This document shows, in pieces, positions 17,441 through 29,425 of a DNA stretch of 43,517 nt (its first letter is position 1; each line of letters begins with the position of its first letter). The notes under the pieces were generated by a model. It was not told where the DNA came from, did no database searches, and saw only the letters and a list, made by a program, of their open reading frames with translations. Origin of the DNA: Oscillospiraceae bacterium. Its GTDB lineage: Bacteria > Bacillota_I > Bacilli_A > RFN20 > CAG-826. The DNA is taken from contig CAVIPP010000001.1 of NCBI GenBank assembly GCA_963644615.1, positions 31,120 to 74,636 of the forward strand, read 5' to 3'. The position numbers and the translations under genes were made by a program.

Positions 17441-18721
17441 TTACTTCTTAGGTTCTATTTTAGTTAAACCACCCATATATGGTCTAAGAACTTCAGGGAT
17501 GATGACACTACCATCTTCTTGTTGGAATTGTTCAACAATAGCTGGGAATACTCTAGAAGTTGCTAAACCAGAACCATTTAATGTGCAGGCATATTTGGTT
17601 TTACCAGTTGCTTTATCACGATATCTAATCATGCCTCGGCGAGCTTGATATGTGTGGGCAGTTGACACACTAGAAACTTCTTTAAAAATTCCCATCGAAG
17701 GAATATAAACTTCAATATCGTAAGTTCTAGCCATTGATGCAGATATATCTTCCGCAGCAAGTTTAGAAACTCTAAATGTTAATCCAAGCTTTTCCATCAA
17801 TGAGATTGCTTTATTAACAAGTTCTTCGAAAGCAGCTTGATCCTGTTCTTGTGTTGTATATTGGAACATCTCAATTTTATTAAATTGATATCCTCTAATC
17901 ATTCCTCTTTCTTCGGTTCGATATGTGCCAGCCTCTTTTCGATAGCATGGAGTGTAGGCAAAATATTTAAGTGGTAAATCGTCTTCATTTAAAATTTCAT
18001 CACGATGTAAATTTACAAGCGCTGTTTCAGCAGTTGGAAGAAGGAATTTACGAGGTGAGATACCTTCAAGAGAAAAAACATCGTCAATAAATTTTGGGAA
18101 TTGACCCGCAACATAACCACTTTGTTCATTAAGAATATGTGGTGGAAGAATAAATTTATAGCCGTCTTTAAGATGCTCAGAAATAAAGAAATTTAATAAA
18201 GCCCATTCTAGTTGCGCTCCAAGACCTGTATAAACCCAGCAACCGTGACCACTCATCTTGGCCCCTCTAGCGTAATCTATAAGTCCTAACGATTCACAAA
18301 GTTCAACATGATCTTTTGGTTTAAATGAAAAGTTTGGAATTTTTCCATATTCATGGATAACTTTATTGTTTTCTTTTCCACCTGCTAATAAGTCGTCATC
18401 AGGAATGTTTGGTAGAGGCAATAAGAAATTCTTTATTTCTTCTTCTAGTTTTTCGAGTTCTTTTTCGTCTTCAGCGTTTTCAACAGATATTTCTTTAACT
18501 TTTGCAAAAATTGCTTGGATGTCTCCACCTTCCTTTTTAACTTGTGGCACACTAGCGGACAGCCTATTTCTTTCTGCCTTAGAGTTTTCGACTTTGACGA
18601 GAAGTTCTCTTCTTCTTTCAACCATCTTTAAAAATGGTGCAAAGTCGACATTACAACCTTTTTTGGCTAATTTTTCAGATATTAATTTTGGGTTATCAAT
18701 AATAAGTTTTTGATCAATCAT
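17441..18721 (-). CDS. serS: serine--tRNA ligase
   Basis: 426 aa with an N-terminal coiled-coil arm and class-II core motifs (FRVSKLAAED..., TLNGSGLATSRV). A GGAGG SD lies 9 nt upstream. Confidence 0.96.
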   Translation of the reverse strand: MIDQKLIIDNPKLISEKLAKKGCNVDFAPFLKMVERRRELLVKVENSKAERNRLSASVPQVKKEGGDIQAIFAKVKEISVENAEDEKELEKLEEEIKNFLLPLPNIPDDDLLAGGKENNKVIHEYGKIPNFSFKPKDHVELCESLGLIDYARGAKMSGHGCWVYTGLGAQLEWALLNFFISEHLKDGYKFILPPHILNEQSGYVAGQFPKFIDDVFSLEGISPRKFLLPTAETALVNLHRDEILNEDDLPLKYFAYTPCYRKEAGTYRTEERGMIRGYQFNKIEMFQYTTQEQDQAAFEELVNKAISLMEKLGLTFRVSKLAAEDISASMARTYDIEVYIPSMGIFKEVSSVSTAHTYQARRGMIRYRDKATGKTKYACTLNGSGLATSRVFPAIVEQFQQEDGSVIIPEVLRPYMGGLTKIEPKK

Positions 18722-19715
18722 TTCCTTTTACCTCCAATAAAATTTCAGTATATTCTTTCCTAAGTGATTCACCTAATTTTTCTATAGAATTTTCTTTTGC
18801 GAATTCATAAGCTTCATCGATATGGCGAGTTAATGTGCCATTAAGTAATCCATTTAATGTGCTAATAACTTTTTCAATACTTTCACACGTGTATGCGTGT
18901 GTTTCATTTAATATTTGCTCATTATATGATAGTGGTTCAAGCGCAACAATTTGAGTTTTGCTTGCTGCTGCGTCAAGAAGCGTTAAAGGCGAATGTTTAG
19001 AATTATCAAGTGATAAATAGATATATGCATTTTTCATCATTGAACAATAAACTTCATCATTCATGAATATACTAAGTTTTAGATTTGATGGTATATTTTT
19101 TGTTTTATATATTTTTTTAGCGTCTCGACCAACTCCAAAAAAGAAAAATTTATAATTTGGCATTTTTAGAGCTATCTCTTTAAGAGTTTTTAGACGTTCT
19201 TTATCATCATACGTACCAATCGAGACAATATATTTTGCGTTTTTTTCGAGTTGATAATATTTATAAAAAATATCATCTTCAATTTGGTTTGTTATATTAA
19301 ACCGAGATAATTTGACTCCTGGTGTAACTACATCGATTTTTGAAGTTATTCCATGGTTAAGAAGAAATTCTTTACCAGTTGTGTTTGGTACAAAGACACG
19401 ATCGACTCTATTTAAGACGCGAATTGCTTTAGCGCTTAGCCCAACAATATCATTTTTAATAGATGTGATACGAGCTGTGACATCATTTTCACAAACAAAT
19501 GTTGAAATCACAGTTGGTATGCCTTGTTCAATCGCGTCATTGATTTTTTCTTCATCTTTTATCGATATGAAGTGAATTAAATCATATTTATCAATGACGT
19601 TTGTCGAATAAGGAATCCCTTCGATTTCAAGAGCGCCCTTAATATTTTTTCTTAAACGGGCACCCTCGAAATTGTCGCGATTTTCACTAGGTTCAAAATA
19701 AACACAAACCTTCAT
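18714..19715 (-). CDS. GT-B fold glycosyltransferase (GT4/GT1-like), acceptor unknown
   Basis: 333 aa with a two-Rossmann layout and a C-terminal nucleotide-sugar region (SPLTLLDAAASKTQIVALEP). Its stop overlaps the serS start by 8 nt. Confidence 0.6.
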   Translation of the reverse strand: MKVCVYFEPSENRDNFEGARLRKNIKGALEIEGIPYSTNVIDKYDLIHFISIKDEEKINDAIEQGIPTVISTFVCENDVTARITSIKNDIVGLSAKAIRVLNRVDRVFVPNTTGKEFLLNHGITSKIDVVTPGVKLSRFNITNQIEDDIFYKYYQLEKNAKYIVSIGTYDDKERLKTLKEIALKMPNYKFFFFGVGRDAKKIYKTKNIPSNLKLSIFMNDEVYCSMMKNAYIYLSLDNSKHSPLTLLDAAASKTQIVALEPLSYNEQILNETHAYTCESIEKVISTLNGLLNGTLTRHIDEAYEFAKENSIEKLGESLRKEYTEILLEVKGND

Positions 19716-19721
19716 GAAATA

Positions 19722-22316
19722 TTATTCGTTATCGCTAACGACCTCTTCAGTAACTTCACTAACTAACTCTTCATCTTCGAGTTCTTCGTCATGAGGAACA
19801 ACAGTTATTGAAGCAACTTTTTGTTTTTCATCATCGAGTCGAATAATTCTTACACCTTGTGTATTTCGACTTGCAACTTTAACTTGTTCAAGTGGAATTC
19901 TTAAGATAGTGCCATTTGTAGTAACCATCATCAAGTCTTCATCACCATGAACAGATCTTAAGGCAACTAATTTACCAACTTTTGGAGTTGTATTAAGTGT
20001 TGTAACACCTTTAGTGCCTCTATGTTTACATTTGTATGATTCATCATCTGCAAACGTCATCTTACCATAACCATTTTTCGAAATAGCTAAGATGTATTGA
20101 CCTTCGTTTGATGTAGCAACACCAACAATAGGTGCACCATCAGTGTCCATACCGATGACACCAGAAGCAGTTCTACCAATTGGTCTAACCTCTTCCCAAA
20201 CTTTAAATGTAGCAACTTTGCCTTTGGCAGATGCTAGGCTAACAATTGTTGTTTCATCAATGTGTTTTACATCAAATAATTCATCGCCTTCACGAAGGAC
20301 AATGGCAATTTTTCCGTTTTTTCGAATTGATTCAAATTCAGAAAGTTTGGTTCTTTTTACAATACCGTTTTTGGTAACAAAGAATAGATAGTGTTCTGGA
20401 TTATATTCATCAAGAGAAATGATAGACATAATCTTTTCACCCTTTTCTAAGTCGAGTAAATTTTGGATAGGAAGTCCTTTAGAAATACGACTACCTTCAG
20501 GTACCATATAACCTCTTAAACGATAGACTCGACCAAGCGAAGAGAAGAACAAGATATCAGTGTGTGTTTTAGTGTGGACCATAATTGAAACTTTGTCTTC
20601 TTCATTTGTAGCCATACCTCTAACACCGCGACCACCTCTATTTTGAGTTCTAAAAGTATCGCTAGTCATTCTCTTAACATAGTTATTGGTAGTCAATGTA
20701 ATAACAATATCTTGTTCTGGAATTAAAGCTTCATCTTCAATTGTCGCAGCTTGATCAGAGATTTCAGTACGACGTTCATCACTATATTTGTCTTTGATTT
20801 CTTCGAGTTCTTTAACGACGACTTCAGTAATATTTTCTCTACTTGAAAGAATGTGATGATATTCAGCAATATTCTTTTCAAGTTCTGCTCTTTCATCTTG
20901 AAGTTTGTGAGCTTCTAGGCCACTTAAACGACGAAGTGTCATCGCTAAAATAGCTTGAGTTTGAAGTTCATCAAATCCGTATTTATCCATAAGAGCGTGC
21001 ATTGCATCTTCAGGAGTGTCACTATGACGAATAATATGGATGACATCATCGATGACATCAATTGCTTTAAGTAAACCCACAACGATGTGATCACGGGCTT
21101 CGTCTTTAGCGAGTAAGAATTTGGTTCTTCTTTCAATGACACCAACTTGGAAATTTAAATATTCCTTGAGTAATTCGTTAATTGGAAGAATTTTAGGTGC
21201 TCCATCAACTAAGCAGAGCATAATAATGCCCATACTTGTTTGTAATTGAGTTAATTTGAATAATTGGTTGAGAATAACTTCAGGAATACAATCGTGACGA
21301 ACATCGATAACAATTCTAACTTTACCTTTTGAAGATTCATCACGAATATCAGTAATTCCTTCAACAATTTTATCTCTGACGAGACGACCCATATTTTCAA
21401 CCATTGTTGCTTTATTAACTGAATATGGAATTTCAGTAACAATGATTTGTTTTTTGCCTGTACGTTCGTTTTCTTTTATTTCACAACGCGAACGAATGAC
21501 AACACTTCCTGTACCAGTTTCATATGCATCTTTAATACCGCTACGACCAAGAATTAACGCTCCAGTTGGGAAATCAGGACCATATAAATAACTAGTCATA
21601 ATTTCAAGTGGAGTAATATCAGGATTTTTAGCGACTGCAACGACTGCGTCAATAACTTCACCTAAGTTATGAGTTGGAATATATGTTGCCATACCAACAG
21701 CAATACCATTAGAACCATTAACTAATAAGTTAGGGAATCTAGATGGAAGCACTGATGGCTCTTGTTCTGTACCATCATAGTTATCGACAAAATCAACAGT
21801 ATCACAGTTTATATCTCGCACCATTTCAACAGCGAGTTTAGTCATTCTTGCTTCAGTATAACGCATAGCCGCAGGTTCATCGCCATCAACTGAACCGAAG
21901 TTACCATGACCATCGACAAGAGTGTATCTCATCGCAAATGATTGAGCTAAACGGGCTAAGGTTGAATAAATTGCTTGGTCGCCGTGTGGGTGGAATTTAC
22001 CCATGACATCACCGACGATACGAGCACATTTTTTATATGGTGATCCAGGATACATGTTTGAAGCATGCATACCATAGATGATTCGACGGTGGACTGGTTT
22101 ACATCCATCACGAACATCAGGGATTGCTCGGCTAACAATAACTGACATCGCATAATCAAGGAAGGAATTTCTTACTTCTTTCGATAAATCGGTGTCACGG
22201 AGGCCAGGAACAATGCCTTCTTCAATTTTATTAAGTTCTTCTTCGTTTACTTCAGGTTCATTTTCGTTATCTTCATTTTCTTCTGGAAGAACATCTTTCT
22301 TTTCATTTTCTGACAT
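19722..22316 (-). CDS. gyrA: DNA gyrase subunit A
   Basis: LDYAMSVIVSRAIPDVRDG, the active-site AAMRYTE, and a C-terminal beta-pinwheel. Start: ATG 22316 sits 9 nt from the AGGAG SD, while the track start at 22322 is only 3 nt from it. Both termini have acidic tails. Confidence 0.96.
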   Translation of the reverse strand: MSENEKKDVLPEENEDNENEPEVNEEELNKIEEGIVPGLRDTDLSKEVRNSFLDYAMSVIVSRAIPDVRDGCKPVHRRIIYGMHASNMYPGSPYKKCARIVGDVMGKFHPHGDQAIYSTLARLAQSFAMRYTLVDGHGNFGSVDGDEPAAMRYTEARMTKLAVEMVRDINCDTVDFVDNYDGTEQEPSVLPSRFPNLLVNGSNGIAVGMATYIPTHNLGEVIDAVVAVAKNPDITPLEIMTSYLYGPDFPTGALILGRSGIKDAYETGTGSVVIRSRCEIKENERTGKKQIIVTEIPYSVNKATMVENMGRLVRDKIVEGITDIRDESSKGKVRIVIDVRHDCIPEVILNQLFKLTQLQTSMGIIMLCLVDGAPKILPINELLKEYLNFQVGVIERRTKFLLAKDEARDHIVVGLLKAIDVIDDVIHIIRHSDTPEDAMHALMDKYGFDELQTQAILAMTLRRLSGLEAHKLQDERAELEKNIAEYHHILSSRENITEVVVKELEEIKDKYSDERRTEISDQAATIEDEALIPEQDIVITLTTNNYVKRMTSDTFRTQNRGGRGVRGMATNEEDKVSIMVHTKTHTDILFFSSLGRVYRLRGYMVPEGSRISKGLPIQNLLDLEKGEKIMSIISLDEYNPEHYLFFVTKNGIVKRTKLSEFESIRKNGKIAIVLREGDELFDVKHIDETTIVSLASAKGKVATFKVWEEVRPIGRTASGVIGMDTDGAPIVGVATSNEGQYILAISKNGYGKMTFADDESYKCKHRGTKGVTTLNTTPKVGKLVALRSVHGDEDLMMVTTNGTILRIPLEQVKVASRNTQGVRIIRLDDEKQKVASITVVPHDEELEDEELVSEVTEEVVSDNE

Positions 22317-22334
22317 AATCATAGTCTCCTTTCA

Positions 22335-25414
<3,080 letters not shown>

Positions 25415-25416
25415 GA

Positions 25417-25635
25417 TTATTCAATCACATAGATAGCCTCACGAATAATAAGTTTGTCACCGCTTCTAAGTTTTCTACCTCTTCTATTATCTTGCTCACC
25501 ATTAATGACAACAATGTTATTAGCAAGGAATGTTTTTGCTTCTCCACCCGATTCAATAATGTCGGCAAATTTGAGAAATTGACCTAAAGTTATGTAGTCG
25601 GTTGAGATCGAAATAATGACAGGTTTTTTATTCAT
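25417..25635 (-). CDS. yaaA: S4-domain RNA-binding protein YaaA
   Basis: 72 aa (ITLGQFLKFADIIESGGEAKTFL...VNGEQDNRRGRKLRSGD) in the conserved dnaN-yaaA-recF position. Confidence 0.9.
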   Translation of the reverse strand: MNKKPVIISISTDYITLGQFLKFADIIESGGEAKTFLANNIVVINGEQDNRRGRKLRSGDKLIIREAIYVIE

Positions 25636-25664
25636 AAAAAGGGTATCTTTCGTTCCCTAGCGTG

Positions 25665-25673
25665 ATTATAACA
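25665..25673 (-). promoter_or_regulatory. extended -10 element (TGtTATAAT) upstream of yaaA-recF-gyrBA
   Basis: attataaca on the plus strand is TGTTATAAT on the minus strand, about 30 nt upstream of the yaaA ATG. Confidence 0.35.
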
Positions 25674-25682
25674 TATATAAAT

Positions 25683-25708
25683 AAAAAAGGGAATAATTTT
25701 ATTCCCTT
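25683..25708 (-). terminator. intrinsic terminator of dnaN
   Basis: 9-bp stem aagggaata/tattccctt with a 4-nt loop. The minus strand continues with a T-run. Confidence 0.7.
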
Positions 25709-25745
25709 ATAAATACATATGCTAATTTTGTTATTTTTTAAGCAA

Positions 25746-26864
25746 TTAGGAGCGTAGTGGCGTGACTAACATGTCTAGAGTATCATCTTTCATGTTTTTA
25801 ACCACAAACGGCTTCATTTCGCCTATAAACGCAAGAGTTACATCTTCAGATTTGATAGCTTTAATCGCATCGGCAACAAATAGGGCACGGAAACTAATTT
25901 CAAATCTATCTCCATCAAAGCGATACATATTTAATTTTTCTTTCGCAGCACCAACAGAGATGGAGCGTGATGTTAATTCAACACCATCTTCTGACATTGA
26001 AATTTTAACAACACCATCACGATCAACTGATAGAAGAGATATACGTTCCATAGCTCCTAAGAATTCTTTAGCGTTTACTTCTAGATAATAATTGAAGGTC
26101 TTTGGAACAATGTTTTTTGTATTTGGGTATTCGCCATTTGTTAATCTAGTAGAAATTACTGTATTAGCAAATGAGAATAGTGCTTTCTTATCACTGACAG
26201 CAATAGTAACAATGTCTGTACCTTCAAACGAACGAACAATATCTTGTAGTTTACGCGCTGGAATATTGGCAGAAAATCTTACATCATTTTCGATTTCAAT
26301 TGTTTTTCGAGCAAGTCTAGCTGTATCTGTTGCAGTTGCGGTTAACTTATTTTCTCTAGCATCAAGGTTTACCGTTGTTAAAATCGGTCTAGTTTCCTTA
26401 TTAGAAGCAGCGAAAGCGGTTTGTTCTACTAAAGATACAACATCGCTAACTTTAGCGTCAAAAACGGCCCCTGTTTTATTTAAATCAATTTCTGGATATT
26501 CATCTGCATTTATACAATTGAGATTATAAATAGATTTACCATCGTCAATTCTAAGAATAGAACCATCTATTACCTCAATAGTAACCTCTTCACCTTCTAG
26601 GTGTCTGATAATTTCAATAAAGATTTTATTTCCAATTAAAATCGCACCTTCTTGTGAATTTCTGATTACTTCTAAATCATCGATCATATATGGGACAATT
26701 GTTCTAATTGTGATGTTGTTGTCACTGCCAGTTAACTCAAGCCCTTTATTTGATAATTCCATTTTTATGTTAGCAAGAATTGGTAGTTCTACTTTTTGTG
26801 GAACTGCTTTAGAAACCATTGCTAATCCTTTTAGGAATTGTTCTTTATTGATTGTGAATCGCAT
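25746..26864 (-). CDS. dnaN: DNA polymerase III beta sliding clamp
   Basis: 372 aa (MRFTINKEQFLKGL...), a three-domain-length protein directly downstream of dnaA, with a GGAGGAAT SD. Confidence 0.95.
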   Translation of the reverse strand: MRFTINKEQFLKGLAMVSKAVPQKVELPILANIKMELSNKGLELTGSDNNITIRTIVPYMIDDLEVIRNSQEGAILIGNKIFIEIIRHLEGEEVTIEVIDGSILRIDDGKSIYNLNCINADEYPEIDLNKTGAVFDAKVSDVVSLVEQTAFAASNKETRPILTTVNLDARENKLTATATDTARLARKTIEIENDVRFSANIPARKLQDIVRSFEGTDIVTIAVSDKKALFSFANTVISTRLTNGEYPNTKNIVPKTFNYYLEVNAKEFLGAMERISLLSVDRDGVVKISMSEDGVELTSRSISVGAAKEKLNMYRFDGDRFEISFRALFVADAIKAIKSEDVTLAFIGEMKPFVVKNMKDDTLDMLVTPLRS

Positions 26865-27031
26865 ATTTTGATTCCTCCGGTTGTAATACTTATATTTGTT
26901 TATTTATATATTAATTAATAATGATAATAATATTTATTTTTCACATCGTGGATAAGTCGTATCCTCATAGTGAATTTATTTTATCACATCGAGTGTTTAC
27001 ATTTAAGAATTTTATTAATTTTTAATAAACG
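26865..27031. other. oriC second half (dnaA-dnaN spacer): DnaA box plus A/T-rich candidate unwinding element
   Basis: CGTGGATAA at 26947-26955 (one mismatch to the TGTGGATAA consensus), next to a block at 26885-26941 with only three G/C bases. TCACATCG is repeated at 26941-26948 and 26984-26991. Confidence 0.6.
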
Positions 27032-28384
27032 TCATGATTTTAGTATTTTTTTGATATCGTTTACTGCGTTTTGGAGTAGTGTGTTAACTTTCAGTTCGTT
27101 TTCCACTTTTTTTACACCACTCATAACAGTGCTGTGGTCTTTATTTGAGAATAGAGCGCCTATCTTATCATAAGAAAGTCCGAGCATTGACTTGATTAGA
27201 TACCAGCATATATGTCGAGGTAATGTAACATCACCTGGTCTACCTCTTCCTGTTAGTTGGGCTGGAGTTTTACCATAATAATCCGCGACAACGTTGATGA
27301 TTTTTTGCTCGCTGAGTCTTTTATCTTTTACACTTACAAGTGGTTGAAGTGCTTCTAAAGCAACTTCCATTGTGATTCTTGAAGTAGGGTTAATACTTGT
27401 TGTGTAGAATAACAATTTGTTAAGAGCTTCATTGATATTACGGATGTTTCTAGAGAATTTTTCAGCAATAAATCTTAGAACATCTTCATCGAATGAATCA
27501 ATATTTATTGGGCTAGTATTTATTTTTGCTTTAAGAATTTCATAGCATGTATCAACATCTGGTTGTTCTATTTCAACTGTTAAACCGTCCTGGAATCTTG
27601 ATTTTAAACGATCTTCAAAACCTTTTAATTGCTCAGGGTGTTTGTCACTAGTAATAACAATTTGTTTGCCAGTGTTAAATAACTTTGTATAAATTTGGAA
27701 AAAGAAACTTTCGGTGCGTTCTTTTCCTGCAAGTAATTGAACATCATCTATTAAGAAAACATCGTGTTGAGCAACATAATTTTTAAGTTTTAAACCATTG
27801 TCTGTTCCTTTGACAACTTCAGTAAAATCGGTAATAAAATCATCAGATGTACAATATAAAACTTTTTTCTTAGGATCTTTTTCTTTAATATAATTAGCAA
27901 TCGCAAAAAGTAAGTGTGTTTTACCTAATCCTGAATTTGAATAAATGAATAATGGATTATAAAATTTTCCAGGATTAGAAGCGATGAGAAGCGCTGCTTG
28001 TTGAGCAACTTTATTGCACTTTCCGACAATAAAATTGTCGAAGGTAAAATTACTTTTAATTATCGAAGAAGTAAAATAAGTTGGTTTATTATCTTCGTGT
28101 TTTTCATCAGTCTTTATATTTTTGGCTTCATCAAATTTGATTTTTACATTATTTATACCTGTTAATTCTTTAGCGACCTTTATAAATGAATCGACATAAT
28201 TTGTTTTTAGAATTCTGACCGCTAAAGAAGAGTTAACTTCAACTAATAACGTGTTTGAATCAAAAGAATGGAGTTTTGAATCAGCAACAAAACTATCATA
28301 AATTCTAGGATCGTTAATTTCGGTTCGAATTTGTTCTAGCATTTTGTTCCAAAGATTAGTTAATTCTGTAATACTTTCGTACAT
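27032..28384 (-). CDS. dnaA: chromosomal replication initiator DnaA
   Basis: 450 aa with AAA+ Walker A SGLGKTHL, Walker B FLIDDVQ, and the domain IV signature NKDHSTVMSG. Confidence 0.97.
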   Translation of the reverse strand: MYESITELTNLWNKMLEQIRTEINDPRIYDSFVADSKLHSFDSNTLLVEVNSSLAVRILKTNYVDSFIKVAKELTGINNVKIKFDEAKNIKTDEKHEDNKPTYFTSSIIKSNFTFDNFIVGKCNKVAQQAALLIASNPGKFYNPLFIYSNSGLGKTHLLFAIANYIKEKDPKKKVLYCTSDDFITDFTEVVKGTDNGLKLKNYVAQHDVFLIDDVQLLAGKERTESFFFQIYTKLFNTGKQIVITSDKHPEQLKGFEDRLKSRFQDGLTVEIEQPDVDTCYEILKAKINTSPINIDSFDEDVLRFIAEKFSRNIRNINEALNKLLFYTTSINPTSRITMEVALEALQPLVSVKDKRLSEQKIINVVADYYGKTPAQLTGRGRPGDVTLPRHICWYLIKSMLGLSYDKIGALFSNKDHSTVMSGVKKVENELKVNTLLQNAVNDIKKILKS

Positions 28385-28894
28385 AAATACACCTCAATAT
28401 TCCTATACAAGTATATATGTGTAGTTAGTAAAAGAAAATAAAAATTTGAATAAAAAATAATCATTGAGAAAGTTTTCCACAATTTTTAAAAATTATTGCA
28501 CCGATTTATTCGAAAATATATTGAGTTTTCCACAATTCTTACCACTTAAAATTTTACTATGTGGATTATGGTGAATTTCTATAAGAGCATACTTTGTTGA
28601 TATAGATAAACTATTAACACTATTGCGTATTTATATTATTCAATAGAATAAAAATGATATTTTCACTTATTTCACACTCTGTAATCCACCATTAAATGTA
28701 AGCGTTTGCAATTGTGGATTTCTTTTCTAAAAACTAATATTATTTATTTGAAATTGTGGAAAAAATAAAATTTTGTATTTGTGATTGATAAAATTTGTTT
28801 TTAATTATACAAAATTACAACCTGTATCGTTTTTTTAATTTTGGTTTTGTGGATAATTGTTACCTGACTATTTACGCGTATGCATATAAAGTCT
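28385..28894. other. oriC first half: cluster of DnaA boxes between divergent dnaA and rpmH
   Basis: Nine-mers close to TTATCCACA/TGTGGATAA: 28473-28481 and 28526-28534 TTTTCCACA; 28560-28568 TGTGGATTA; 28682-28690 TAATCCACC; 28713-28721 TGTGGATTT; 28755-28763 TGTGGAAAA; 28848-28856 TGTGGATAA (perfect). Confidence 0.85.
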
Positions 28895-28923
28895 TTGACT
28901 TGATGTATGCCAGCATATATAAT
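28895..28923 (+). promoter_or_regulatory. near-consensus sigma-A promoter of rpmH-rnpA-yidC
   Basis: TTGACT (28895-28900), 17-nt spacer, TATAAT (28918-28923). The AGGAG SD at 28945-28949 lies 8 nt before the ATG. Confidence 0.7.
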
Positions 28924-28957
28924 TCTATTCGCGTGTTTAGACACAGGAGAATTTATT

Positions 28958-29092
28958 ATGAAAAGAACTTATCAACCAAGTAAAAGACACAGAAAAAATG
29001 TTCACGGTTTCCGTAGCAGAATGTCAACTGCAAACGGTCGCAAGGTTTTAGCGGCTCGTCGCGCAAAAGGAAGAGCTAGAGTCTCAATCTAA
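28958..29092 (+). CDS. rpmH: 50S ribosomal protein L34
   Basis: [44 protein letters not shown] (44 aa). The track ORF from 28907 is an upstream extension running through the promoter. Confidence 0.96.
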   Translation: MKRTYQPSKRHRKNVHGFRSRMSTANGRKVLAARRAKGRARVSI

Positions 29093-29095
29093 TTC

Positions 29096-29425
29096 ATGAA
29101 GGTTAAAAATAGAGTTAAATCCCATCAAGAATTCCAAAATGTAATCGAAAGAGGTTTGTTGGAACGTACTAGTTGTTTCAATCTCTATTATCTTCAAAAT
29201 AATTTAGGATACCCTCGAGTAGGTATCTCTGTTCCTACAAAAAGCGGTAACGCTGTTATTAGGAACAAAATTAAAAGACAAATCCGAGCTATATTAGCTC
29301 ATGAGCTTAGTGAAAATCTATCCTTTGATTTGATTTTTATAGCCCGCAAAAAATTTAACATCAAGGATTTCTCGAGAAGTGAAACTGAAATTCGAGAATT
29401 ACTTGAGAAAGTAGGATGTAAATAA
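29096..29425 (+). CDS. rnpA: ribonuclease P protein component
   Basis: 109 aa and basic (RVGISVPTKSGNAVIRNKIKRQIR, the RNR motif), in the conserved position after rpmH. Confidence 0.93.
   Translation: MKVKNRVKSHQEFQNVIERGLLERTSCFNLYYLQNNLGYPRVGISVPTKSGNAVIRNKIKRQIRAILAHELSENLSFDLIFIARKKFNIKDFSRSETEIRELLEKVGCK

Noticed and set aside
19722-22322. Highly acidic N-terminal (about 40 aa, EENEDNENEPEVNEEE) and C-terminal (DEELEDEELVSEVTEEVVSDNE) tails on GyrA.
   Set aside because: Acidic C-terminal tails are a known, variable feature of GyrA in other bacteria. This is compositional, with no further structure to interpret from sequence alone.
28795-28983. A 62-aa ORF inside the origin region, and the 5' extension of the rpmH ORF from 28907.
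   Set aside because: Both run through DnaA box 7 and the TTGACT-17-TATAAT promoter. L34 is universally about 44-46 aa and begins MKRTYQP at 28958 with a proper SD.
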